IMG/VR virus record: IMGVR_UViG_3300008261_000001
Location: 226,180 to 290,179 of that record
Reading direction: 5' to 3' (one strand)
DNA: 64,000 bases
Positions within the stretch are counted from its first letter, which is position 1. The number at the start of each line of letters is the position of its first letter. The notes under the pieces were generated by a model. It had not been told where the DNA came from. It made no database searches and saw only the letters and a program-made list of their open reading frames with translations. Shown here piece after piece: positions 1 through 8,059 of this stretch. Made by a program: the position numbers and the translations under genes.

Positions 1-4
1 TCTA

Positions 5-544
5 TTATTTGTCGTCATCTGTTTTGGGTATCCATTCGTTTATGACTTGGGGTAGGGTGACATCCTTTTCGCTTTTGGTCTTGATGGGGGGTTCACCGTT
101 GACGAAAATGGATAGTCGGTTAATGACGGCATTTTGGAGTTCGAAGACTTGTTCGCGTAGGAGTTGCATTTGTATCTGTGCATCTCTCAGTCGGGCAATA
201 AGTGCGGCTCTGTCTGCGTTAGCGGTGGCGAGTTTATCCTTTAGCTCTTCGACTTCGGAGGGGTCACGACCGCTTGCGATGGCGAGCATAGAGGATATGC
301 TCCCTGTGAGCATCCCTATGATGCCGATGAGGATATCCCTGTTTTGTTCTACGATCTGCACATAGGATAAGAAGATGATGAGTAGGACGATAAGGAGCAT
401 GAAGACCACGCTTGCCCACCAGCCCCTTTTTGCTTTTTCGGACTGAGTGAACTGCTTGTGGTTTGCGGATACGGAGTACGATTTTTGGTTGTCTGATTTT
501 TGGTCGTTACCTGATGACCCATTACCTGACATGAGCTTATTCAT
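5..544 (-). CDS. Two-TM membrane protein with C-terminal coiled coil, coupled to the cyclase
   Basis: Two hydrophobic segments (WWASVVFMLLIVLLIIFL; ILIGIIGMLTGSISSMLAIA) followed by a heptad-rich helix; ATGA overlap with the cyclase stop. Confidence 0.7.
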   Translation of the reverse strand: MNKLMSGNGSSGNDQKSDNQKSYSVSANHKQFTQSEKAKRGWWASVVFMLLIVLLIIFLSYVQIVEQNRDILIGIIGMLTGSISSMLAIASGRDPSEVEELKDKLATANADRAALIARLRDAQIQMQLLREQVFELQNAVINRLSIFVNGEPPIKTKSEKDVTLPQVINEWIPKTDDDK

Positions 545-1434
545 TTAGTGTTCCTCTGTATTTTTGAGAGATATTGGATAAGTGCTTCGAGGTAGACTTT
601 TAAGTCGTCTAACCAATCGAAGCCTTTGATTCCTAAAACATCTCTTAAAAATGGATATCGCAGTACATAATAATAAATGATAAAAATCCAGACGAGTACA
701 GATAACTTTGAGAGCTTATAGTAGACGATGAGCATCCGTTCTTTGCGGGTGAGGTTGACCCAACGGACTTTGATTCCGGAGTGGGAGACCCTTTTAGCTT
801 TTTCGGAGTCTGGTGGTGGTTTCAAGCATTCGAGGGTTTCACCGACTGCATAGATTTCTTGTGGTTGCCAAACACCTTTGAACTTGTATCTACCTACGCA
901 CACATATCTTGTACTTGGGGGAGTGTCTTTATTGGTACGGAAACGGATAACAGTCATGGCTTCTCTAGTAAGCAGAACTTGTCCTGCTTGGCAGAGGCTC
1001 ATGGTTCTAGCTGCTATGTTTTTGGCTAGACCTTCTAGTTCTATGCGTTTGGCGTTGGCGGCAACCCATACATCGTCTTGGTGTACTTCTACGACTACAT
1101 CCCAATGGATACCTATCCTTGCACCTATACCTGTCTTAGCAGGTATGGTTTTTTGATAGATAAGGGCGAAGTTTACAGCGTCTATTACATTCTCAAAGGA
1201 GCAAAGAAAGCCATCGGATCTGTCTATTTCTCTACCTCTAAATCTAAACAGAAGGGATCGTGTGGCTCTGTCGTGGTTTTGGAAGTGTAGAGCGGCATTT
1301 TTTGCCCCATGTTTTTGGACAAAAGCGGTGCTACCGATGAGGTCTAGGAGCAGAATGGCGAGCTTACGCTCGGTCATTTGTACATCTGCACCTACAGGCT
1401 TTTCTCCTTCAGTCCCTACAGGAAGGTTTTTCAA
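541..1434 (-). CDS. Class III nucleotide cyclase (EIDxSDG subtype) with C-terminal TM helix
   Basis: LLLDLIGST (Asp1), EIDRSDGF (Asp2), RIGIH, AKNIAAR, GQVLLT, YKFKGV; hydrophobic C-terminal segment. Confidence 0.85.
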   Translation of the reverse strand: MKNLPVGTEGEKPVGADVQMTERKLAILLLDLIGSTAFVQKHGAKNAALHFQNHDRATRSLLFRFRGREIDRSDGFLCSFENVIDAVNFALIYQKTIPAKTGIGARIGIHWDVVVEVHQDDVWVAANAKRIELEGLAKNIAARTMSLCQAGQVLLTREAMTVIRFRTNKDTPPSTRYVCVGRYKFKGVWQPQEIYAVGETLECLKPPPDSEKAKRVSHSGIKVRWVNLTRKERMLIVYYKLSKLSVLVWIFIIYYYVLRYPFLRDVLGIKGFDWLDDLKVYLEALIQYLSKIQRNTK

Positions 1435-1498
1435 TCTTTAGCCCTCCTTATACTCCCTTATGTACATAAGGTGGAGGGTTATAAATGGATAACTAAAG

Positions 1499-1678
1499 CT
1501 AGTATCCTCCCGTCTTGAACCAACCGCTTCCTTTTAGGATAAACGAACTCTGGCTGATGATCCTTTCGGTTTCACCTGAGCATTTTTCACAAACGGGTGG
1601 TGCGTCCTCAAACTTCTGTTGTTTGGTTTGGGTGTGTTGGCAGTTTGTGTCTTTGCACTTAAATGAGTATCTGGGCAT
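1499..1678 (-). CDS. FmdB-family zinc-ribbon protein (59 aa, below the ORF-track cutoff)
   Basis: Translates MPRYSFKCKDTNCQH...CEKCSGETERIISQSSFILKGSGWFKTGGY; MPxY..C..C/CxxC and FxLKGSGW signature; TAATG overlap with upstream stop. Confidence 0.85.
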   Translation of the reverse strand: MPRYSFKCKDTNCQHTQTKQQKFEDAPPVCEKCSGETERIISQSSFILKGSGWFKTGGY

Positions 1679-1920
1679 TATTTCTTTTCCTTATCGTTCT
1701 TGGGTTGGGTTTTTGTGATCTCAGAGGAGCGGATATTTCTCAATATTCTGTCTTGGTGTGAGATAAGGTTTTCCAAATCTCTTCTTACCCTTCTTAATAG
1801 GGCAGTATCCAAGTTCGCGTTCTTATACTTAGACCTACTTAGGACTGAGGTTATTCGCATAAGAGCGATGCTCAAGTCTTCAGTGTCCTTTTTCACCTCT
1901 TTTAAGGGATCGTCTGACAT
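1678..1920 (-). CDS. Hypothetical protein
   Basis: ORF with GGAG before ATG at 1920; coupled to the FmdB gene. Confidence 0.55.
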   Translation of the reverse strand: MSDDPLKEVKKDTEDLSIALMRITSVLSRSKYKNANLDTALLRRVRRDLENLISHQDRILRNIRSSEITKTQPKNDKEKK

Positions 1921-1984
1921 GGTTAAAACTCCAGATAAGAATATCATCACCGCATTATACTTGTTTGTAAGGGAGTACTTCAAT

Positions 1985-2386
1985 ATGACAAGCAGTTCGA
2001 TTGCTCCAGTGGATAAGACACAACCTCATTTCTGTATGTACACGATGGGCGAGCAGAAAAAGGATTGTTTTAACATCGAACTTGAGAAGCCCACTTGTTT
2101 ATCCAATCTCGACCCTATTAGTTGGGGGGATTGGGCGAATATGTCTCTCCAAAACAACCCCCTCTCCCACGGTTGTTTATTTTGGGGGGTGGTACATTTA
2201 AACTTCCCCACAGAGACACCCAATCCCCATGCCTTTTTAGCTATTTACGAGAGGGGTAAGCCTGTTATTTGTTTTTACTCCACCCTCGGTTTTAGCGAGC
2301 CCTTGAAGTTCTTGCCGTCTTCTTATTTATTCCCCGAGGGATGTTTTGATTTTGTAGACCACCTCTTAGAGTTCGCCCCTCAGTAA
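1985..2386 (+). CDS. Hypothetical protein
   Basis: 3' part of ORF 1700..2386; GGGAG before ATG at 1985. Confidence 0.55.
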   Translation: MTSSSIAPVDKTQPHFCMYTMGEQKKDCFNIELEKPTCLSNLDPISWGDWANMSLQNNPLSHGCLFWGVVHLNFPTETPNPHAFLAIYERGKPVICFYSTLGFSEPLKFLPSSYLFPEGCFDFVDHLLEFAPQ

Positions 2387-2389
2387 GTT

Positions 2390-3505
2390 TCAACCCCTAG
2401 TGGAAGGGTTCCAGTTTCCAATACGGGCATCGTAGTGCTTAATCTCTAGTTCTAATGAGTGTATATGGTTCTCAATAACCCCTGCTTTTCTGAGTTTCTC
2501 ACTCTTAACTGTTATGACTTCTTCCCTAGCCGCCTCTAGTTCTAACCTCAGCTTCAAAGATCTTTTTTCTTTGATCGTATCCTCCAGAAGCCTCTTTACG
2601 CCCTGTAGTCCTTCAACGGAGTCCTCTACGGGAGGGAACCCTGTACCGAAACAACCCGTAGAGGTTGTCCAATGCCTTATTATTTTATATCCGTGCTTTC
2701 GAATCATCTTATTAGCTGTGTTGACGGACCATACTTGAAAACAACCAGGACAAGTCCCTTCGTCTGCTCTCAATGTAGGTTTCTCGGTTGTGCCTACAAA
2801 TGAGCTACCCAAATAACTCTTTGCCTTTTCCACTCCGCCTTCCTTCACCACAAAGGCGATGAGCTTACTCAAGTCGAAGGATTGCAAACTATCCGTAATA
2901 GATAAGGTTAACTTAACCTTAGAAGATCCGCTAGATACAATCAGATTTTTAACGCCCTCTAAATAAGAGACATCATACCGTACATAAGTACTCCCAGATA
3001 CTTCAAAAATATCAACCTTCGAGGGGTCGAACACAAAGGCTATTTTTCCAAAAGGGATGCTCTTGGGCTTTGATCTGCTTACTGAAATGTTTGGGTCTTG
3101 TTCGTGTGTCCTTATTATGTGGCTTACAGCGGAGTTGGCACTCGCATTGTCCACCCTGTTCCTAAAAGGGATTGTATGTTGATCATGTTGTAACGACAAT
3201 CTATTGAAATCTATGTTGGGGTACAAACTTGGGAGTTGCTGATACAATCTGTTTATCAAATCCGACACTTCTTGTCTTTGTGCGACTTGTGTAGAATCTT
3301 CGGTTTTAACCCCGTATCCCAAAACGGTGAGAGCCTCTTGAAAGTGGTTTAGATTACCAACACTTGGCATCTTACTCGTCCTTGAGTGGTTTGCCAATGC
3401 TTGTATCATACCCTGTGCAGATGGGGATAGGCTATCACTAGCCTTACGCTCTAAACGAGCTAAACGATACTCAAGATTTCTTAAAACTTCGGATGCTGTT
3501 CTCAT
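2390..3505 (-). CDS. Hypothetical protein with MRTASEVLR leader and CxxC/H/C metal motif; possible virion-internal protein
   Basis: N-terminus shared with 51950..52273; CPGC...HGY...GCFG in the C-terminal part. Confidence 0.6.
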   Translation of the reverse strand: MRTASEVLRNLEYRLARLERKASDSLSPSAQGMIQALANHSRTSKMPSVGNLNHFQEALTVLGYGVKTEDSTQVAQRQEVSDLINRLYQQLPSLYPNIDFNRLSLQHDQHTIPFRNRVDNASANSAVSHIIRTHEQDPNISVSRSKPKSIPFGKIAFVFDPSKVDIFEVSGSTYVRYDVSYLEGVKNLIVSSGSSKVKLTLSITDSLQSFDLSKLIAFVVKEGGVEKAKSYLGSSFVGTTEKPTLRADEGTCPGCFQVWSVNTANKMIRKHGYKIIRHWTTSTGCFGTGFPPVEDSVEGLQGVKRLLEDTIKEKRSLKLRLELEAAREEVITVKSEKLRKAGVIENHIHSLELEIKHYDARIGNWNPSTRG

Positions 3506-3555
3506 ATTCATTACTCCAAGTTAGGGCATATCCTAACTGGAGTATAAAAAGATTA

Positions 3556-3840
3556 TCAGTAAGTGTGATCCCAAGATAGCCTAGCCTTACCTCGGAGCTT
3601 CTTAACAGCCCTCTCCGCTCTCATGGCTTCAGATCTGTTTGCATAGGTGCAATAGACACACATAAGCACCCACGGACGATACTTAGCTGTGTACTTAGCC
3701 CCACCAGCGATTTCTCCGTTGTGTTGCCTCAGTCGCCTCTCCACATTCGTCGTGCAACCCACATAATAAAAACCCTCTGCTGGCTTACCCTTCGCTGTGG
3801 TTCTCGGCATCTGACTTTGGATCACATAGACATACCACAT
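3556..3840 (-). CDS. GIY-YIG nuclease (Slx1/UPF0213-like)
   Basis: WYVYV...YYVGCTTNVERRLRQHNG..GGAKYT..RPW..SEAMRAE. Confidence 0.9.
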   Translation of the reverse strand: MWYVYVIQSQMPRTTAKGKPAEGFYYVGCTTNVERRLRQHNGEIAGGAKYTAKYRPWVLMCVYCTYANRSEAMRAERAVKKLRGKARLSWDHTY

Positions 3841-3892
3841 AGCATTCCTCCTATAATGGATAAGTAGATAGGACACCTATCCATTATAGAGA

Positions 3893-4498
3893 CTATCTGT
3901 GAAGCTGTCTGAGATATAGGTCGGCTATTTTTTGTGATGGACTCATGGGCTGTGTGGATCCAACCCTTCTTAGACTCGCCATGATTTGTCTGCCGTCTGC
4001 GTCTACCTCACGCTCAATCTTGAGAGCAGGTCTTCTGACTAAGTAGTTGGGCCACTTCTCAAACCACTTGGCGTAGAACTCGTCTTCCGCCACCTCACGA
4101 GTTGTCTTATCGGGGTTTGGGATATTGGGGTCTGCCACATGGACTATGTAGTTGCCCTTCTCTCCCGTCACATCGAAGATGAGGCTTGCATGGCTCCACT
4201 CTCGCCCCTCAGGGTTCCAAGCGATGAGGACTGGGTGTCCAGCGTCTGTCCACTCTTTGACTTGAGTGAGCGTAGCGGGAGTTGTGAGCGTTGCTCTACA
4301 ACCGAAGTACTGAGCACACGCTAGGACTTCTTCCCATCGAGCCCCTTGCATGGGTTTTGCACCGATGACCGAGTTTACTTCGTCTTCGGTGCATTTCACT
4401 CCTACTGCATTTAGTGCCATACAGGTGGAGGTGGCGACACAAGAGAACTGAGTTCTTTGGCGGATAGGACTTACATCTGCTTTGGCTAATCTTCTCAT
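3893..4498 (-). CDS. C39-like cysteine peptidase
   Basis: Q..QFSC, HAS, VADPN catalytic Cys/His/Asp arrangement. Confidence 0.8.
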   Translation of the reverse strand: MRRLAKADVSPIRQRTQFSCVATSTCMALNAVGVKCTEDEVNSVIGAKPMQGARWEEVLACAQYFGCRATLTTPATLTQVKEWTDAGHPVLIAWNPEGREWSHASLIFDVTGEKGNYIVHVADPNIPNPDKTTREVAEDEFYAKWFEKWPNYLVRRPALKIEREVDADGRQIMASLRRVGSTQPMSPSQKIADLYLRQLHR

Positions 4499-4562
4499 GC
4501 TAGTAGTCTCCTACTTGGACTTATGCTTATCCAATAGGTGATGTATAGAGACTCTAGTAGAT

Positions 4563-4991
4563 TTATCCAATCACTACGCAGTATCCAGAGCTTGGGTACT
4601 GCTTCTTTAAGGATTTCCAGACCCTATCCGCTTGCTCGGAGGTGGAGCCTCTAACGCTACATTTTTCTGGTATAATAACGAACGGCTTTCCAATCTCTTT
4701 CAGCCATCCTTTTATGAGTTGATTGTAGATTTCTGATCCAATGCCTTTTCCGTGATATTCTTTATTTAGGCTCACCACATTTACTTCGAGTATCCGTATG
4801 TCTTCTCCGTCCATGACTTTTGGATACTCGTAGCTAATGTCGATGAGGTCATCGGAGCAGGCGTAGGTGTGGACTACCTCCAACATGGATATGGAGTTTC
4901 CATAAGCCCTAGCAAGACCTATAGACTCACCATCGTCTTTCACCTCTACAAACACATTAGTTGGTGTTGTGGATATGGAGTAGGTGATCAT
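4563..4991 (-). CDS. GNAT-like acetyltransferase
   Basis: LNKEYHGKGIGSEIY acetyl-CoA motif A; ADRVWKSL. Confidence 0.65.
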   Translation of the reverse strand: MITYSISTTPTNVFVEVKDDGESIGLARAYGNSISMLEVVHTYACSDDLIDISYEYPKVMDGEDIRILEVNVVSLNKEYHGKGIGSEIYNQLIKGWLKEIGKPFVIIPEKCSVRGSTSEQADRVWKSLKKQYPSSGYCVVIG

Positions 4992-5660
4992 TTACTCTTC
5001 TTCTGTAGTGGTAGCGGTCTTCTTACCCCCTTTTGCAGAAGTCGAAGCACTAGATGAAGGGCTAGACTTGGTTGAGTACTTTAGCTCCATCTCCACAGCG
5101 TAGAGCTTCTTCTCTAAGTTCGACAGATCGGTGTCTACCTTGCTTTGAAGAGCGTCTGTTTTGCTCTGCACAGCGTCTAGCTTTTTGGATAAGCCATCTT
5201 GCTGTGTGGAGAGGGTGTCGAGCTGTTTTGACGCATTATTGGATAGTGTCTCGATCTCGCCTTTAAGAGTTCCGTAGGTCGCTTGAGCGATATCCATTTT
5301 CTCTAGATACTTTTTGCCCAAGAAGCCGACCACAAGGACAATGGCAAGCCACACATTGTCTCCAGCTAGGCGAACTACTTGTACAAGGTCTAGATCTCCG
5401 CCTTGTGTGTTCTGTTGAACCATTGGCTGTTGAACCATTGGCTGTTGTTGAGGGACACTTACAGGCTGATAAGTCTGTGGGGTGACAGCCACCACAGGTA
5501 CTTCTACGGGCTCTGTATCGCCAACAGAAGGTGCTTCCTCCTTAGAGGCATGGAGGAACTTGCACTCGGACAAGTCCGCCACCTTTGTCTTTCCGTCTAT
5601 GACCCAAAGGTTGCCCTCACGAGTGATGACGGGGTTTTTGGTTTTGATTACGCAAGTCAT
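4992..5660 (-). CDS. Membrane-anchored coiled-coil protein (paralogue of 9208..9873), possible lysis accessory
   Basis: Cys-bounded N-terminal domain, P/Q linker, one TM, coiled coil; overlaps the endolysin stop. Confidence 0.6.
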   Translation of the reverse strand: MTCVIKTKNPVITREGNLWVIDGKTKVADLSECKFLHASKEEAPSVGDTEPVEVPVVAVTPQTYQPVSVPQQQPMVQQPMVQQNTQGGDLDLVQVVRLAGDNVWLAIVLVVGFLGKKYLEKMDIAQATYGTLKGEIETLSNNASKQLDTLSTQQDGLSKKLDAVQSKTDALQSKVDTDLSNLEKKLYAVEMELKYSTKSSPSSSASTSAKGGKKTATTTEEE

Positions 5661-6100
5661 TTAGCCGCCCCCGATCTCTCGTCCCACCTTGCACCCTGCT
5701 TGTGTCCTGTAGCCTCACTTCTGACATCGTAGTGACAGAAATCGTCATAGACACCCAAGCCCCCATTGTACACCTTGCCCTCTTTGATGAGCTTGGTGAT
5801 GAGGGTGTGTACTTGTGTGGAGGTCATACCCTTGATTTTGATATCAGCGGCGGCGGCTTGTAGGTGGAGGGACTTGTCTTTCCCACCCACTGCCGCGTTG
5901 CGGGCGGCAGAACGATAACCACTTATGATGGTTATAGGTGCGTTAGCCGCTTCTCGGATAACCTGTAGGTTTTCCAATAGAAGGGTCGCGTTAGCCATAA
6001 ACTCAGGCGGGATTACATCGTAGAACTCAAGCTCTGAGTACTTGAAGTTCTTAGTGCAGGAAATATTTGTCTTTTGATCTTGAGAGAGGGGTGACGACAT
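5657..6100 (-). CDS. Peptidase M15A (Zn D-Ala-D-Ala peptidase family), putative endolysin
   Basis: ISGYRS..N..VGG..SLH...AADI, GLGVY..FCHYD. Confidence 0.9.
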   Translation of the reverse strand: MSSPLSQDQKTNISCTKNFKYSELEFYDVIPPEFMANATLLLENLQVIREAANAPITIISGYRSAARNAAVGGKDKSLHLQAAAADIKIKGMTSTQVHTLITKLIKEGKVYNGGLGVYDDFCHYDVRSEATGHKQGARWDERSGAAK

Positions 6101-6147
6101 GACTTACACTCCTATTGGGTTGTGTAAGTCCCCCCTATCATAAAAGG

Positions 6148-6549
6148 TTAATGATAAATATGTCCGAAGTCTGGGCAGTCACCACGGATGTCGAAGAACT
6201 CAGCTTTGGGGTTTTCGTTCTTTTCGAAGTCGATGAGGTCGAACTGATAAGACGAGACATTGTCTGACCCCTCGTTTTTGTAAATAGTAACGAGGACAAC
6301 CTCAGTGTTGTCCTCTTTGATTAAGATAGCCACCATCACGAAGCCTCCCTTCTCTAACAGAAGGTGTCTAGTGTAGTCCCCCCAACAGCAGATATCGGCA
6401 TGGACTTCCTCTGGAGCTTCGAGCCGTACTAGACCTTGAGAACCACCGAGTTTGAACATATACGGAGGCATATCGGATAGTTTTGGTGATTCTGGGCTGA
6501 CGAGTATCCCTCGAACTGCTTTTAAGATTTCCGCATTTGATGGGAGCAT
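6148..6549 (-). CDS. Hypothetical protein
   Basis: 133-aa ORF in the same orientation as its neighbours. Confidence 0.55.
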   Translation of the reverse strand: MLPSNAEILKAVRGILVSPESPKLSDMPPYMFKLGGSQGLVRLEAPEEVHADICCWGDYTRHLLLEKGGFVMVAILIKEDNTEVVLVTIYKNEGSDNVSSYQFDLIDFEKNENPKAEFFDIRGDCPDFGHIYH

Positions 6550-6622
6550 ATAACCAACTTTCTATTAAGAGCAACGACAGCAATATTACCCATTATAGCT
6601 ATCTAACGAGGATAAACCCGAG

Positions 6623-6655
6623 AAAAAGAAAAAGGGCTGATTTCTCAGCCCTTTT
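6623..6655 (-). terminator. Intrinsic (potentially bidirectional) terminator after tRNA-Lys
   Basis: aaaagggctga-tttc-tcagccctttt stem with T-runs on both strands. Confidence 0.8.
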
Positions 6656-6656
6656 A

Positions 6657-6729
6657 TGGGTCCTCTGGGGCTCGAACCCAGAACTAACGGATTAAAAGTC
6701 CGCTACTCTACCGATTGAGTTAAGAACCC
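6657..6729 (-). tRNA. tRNA-Lys(UUU), CCA not encoded
   Basis: GGGTTCT..AGGACCC acceptor stem, GCGGA-CTTTTAA-TCCGT anticodon arm, GTTCGAG T-loop. Confidence 0.95.
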
Positions 6730-6738
6730 TTGTTGTAG

Positions 6739-6768
6739 CCCTTATACCACATAAATCAAACCTAGCAA
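6739..6768 (-). promoter_or_regulatory. Sigma70-like promoter for tRNA-Lys
   Basis: TTGCTA...TGGTATAAGGG; the same TGGTATAAGGG lies upstream of tRNA-Thr (~7176-7186). Confidence 0.55.
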
Positions 6769-6777
6769 AAAAAATAG

Positions 6778-7091
6778 TCCAACCCCTCGCCAACTCCCGA
6801 AGGTTGACTGAGGGGTTGTGGGGTGGAGCGACTTCCCTGTCTATCTGAGTCCACATAACGCCCCTGTGTCGCCATACTGCTTCCCTTATCGTCTCCCCCT
6901 ATAGGTTGGGTTCAGAACCTCCCAACCTATAGGGCTTATCTAGCTTGCTTAGACACATTAAACACCTAGAGTCAGGATCTAGGTGCTTGGGGCTAGACAG
7001 ATCGATAAAGATATACATTTAGGTGTAAGCCCCTAAATGACGCATACCATCACCGCTTACTGCGTTTAAGGTGGCTTCTAGACCCCTTAAA
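6778..7091 (-). ncRNA. Unidentified highly structured RNA between the tRNAs
   Basis: At least six stems (one perfect 14 bp), cUUCGg tetraloop, crossing long-range pairings, G-U pairs favouring the minus strand, no ORF. Confidence 0.65.
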
Positions 7092-7092
7092 G

Positions 7093-7165
7093 TGCCACCT
7101 ACAGGATTTGAACCTGTGACATCCTGTTTACAAGACAGGTGCTCTACCAACTGAGCTAAGGGGGC
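7093..7165 (-). tRNA. tRNA-Thr(UGU), CCA not encoded, C4-U69 mismatch
   Basis: AGCTCAGTTGGTAGAGC D-arm, CCTGT-CTTGTAA-ACAGG anticodon arm, GTTCAAA T-loop. Confidence 0.93.
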
Positions 7166-7203
7166 GTGTGCTTACCCTTATACCAAACCCCTCCCCCTCA
7201 AAC

Positions 7204-7596
7204 TCAAATAAATTTATCTAGTATCGGCTTTCTGTCCTTTGGGTGGAGCTTGCAGTTAGAAAGATACGAGAACGGAACCCATTTCCACTCGTCATTTTCG
7301 TTATCCAATATGGGAGTAAACTTAGTCGATACTTCTGCCAAATAGAGCGTGTACCCCGAGCCATACAACTCGTCGTAAATCTGAAAAGGAACCTTCTCCA
7401 CTCCAATCAAGTTCTCTGAAGGATCTCCCCCTACCTCTTCGTAGAGTTCACGCATAGCTGTTTCGTAGTGCGTCTCCCCGCCCTCGGTTTTACCTCCAGG
7501 GAAGTTCCAATATCCGCTCCATCTGTCCTCTGTTTTGGATACCCTTCTTAGAATCAGCGTGTCCCCACCGCTTATGAACATAACACCTGCACCCAT
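7204..7596 (-). CDS. NUDIX hydrolase
   Basis: PGGKTEGGETHYETAMRELYEEVG Nudix box. Confidence 0.92.
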   Translation of the reverse strand: MGAGVMFISGGDTLILRRVSKTEDRWSGYWNFPGGKTEGGETHYETAMRELYEEVGGDPSENLIGVEKVPFQIYDELYGSGYTLYLAEVSTKFTPILDNENDEWKWVPFSYLSNCKLHPKDRKPILDKFI

Positions 7597-7684
7597 AGCG
7601 ACTCCTTTTATGTTTAGGTTGTAGGTTTTATTACCATAATAAACCTTTTATGTTTTTTCAGCCTAAACAATCGGAGAGAAAAAG

Positions 7685-8053
7685 ATGAAGTACTTATATC
7701 ACTACGAAGCTGAGGTGTTATCCGTTTACGATGGGGACACCTGTACCCTACAGATTTGCTGTGGGTTCGATATGTACACAAGGGTGACTTTTAGACTCAC
7801 AGGCATAGACACCGCTGAGATGAAGTCCAAAGACCCCTTAAAGAAAGAGGCAGCTCTACAAGCTAGAGACCACCTCAGAAGTCGTATCCTCGGCAAGAAG
7901 GTCATCGTCAACACTAGAGAGCGAGAGAAATACGGAAGGTGGCTTGGATACATTTGGGCAGACGAGGGACAAGATGAACTAGGGGAGTCCATCAACGACG
8001 AGATGATTCGTCTCGGTCATGCCAAGCCCTACGATGGTGGTAAGAAAGAATAA
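7685..8053 (+). CDS. Thermonuclease (SNase-like)
   Basis: VYDGDT, RLTGIDTAE, EKYGRWLG, GHAKPYDGG. Confidence 0.92.
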   Translation: MKYLYHYEAEVLSVYDGDTCTLQICCGFDMYTRVTFRLTGIDTAEMKSKDPLKKEAALQARDHLRSRILGKKVIVNTREREKYGRWLGYIWADEGQDELGESINDEMIRLGHAKPYDGGKKE

Positions 8054-8059
8054 ACTGCT

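Noticed and set aside
5-1434. Calling the cyclase pair Pycsar or CBASS
   Set aside because: The partner has no recognisable cyclic-nucleotide-binding domain and the cyclase is not CD-NTase-like; kept only as an analogy.
6778-7091. Identification of the structured RNA as RNase P, SRP RNA, tmRNA or a group I intron
   Set aside because: Only fragments match (GGGAAGUC, GGAAGCAG, plus-strand ATAGTCC). The partner motifs, tRNA-like ends, tag ORF and P7 elements are missing.
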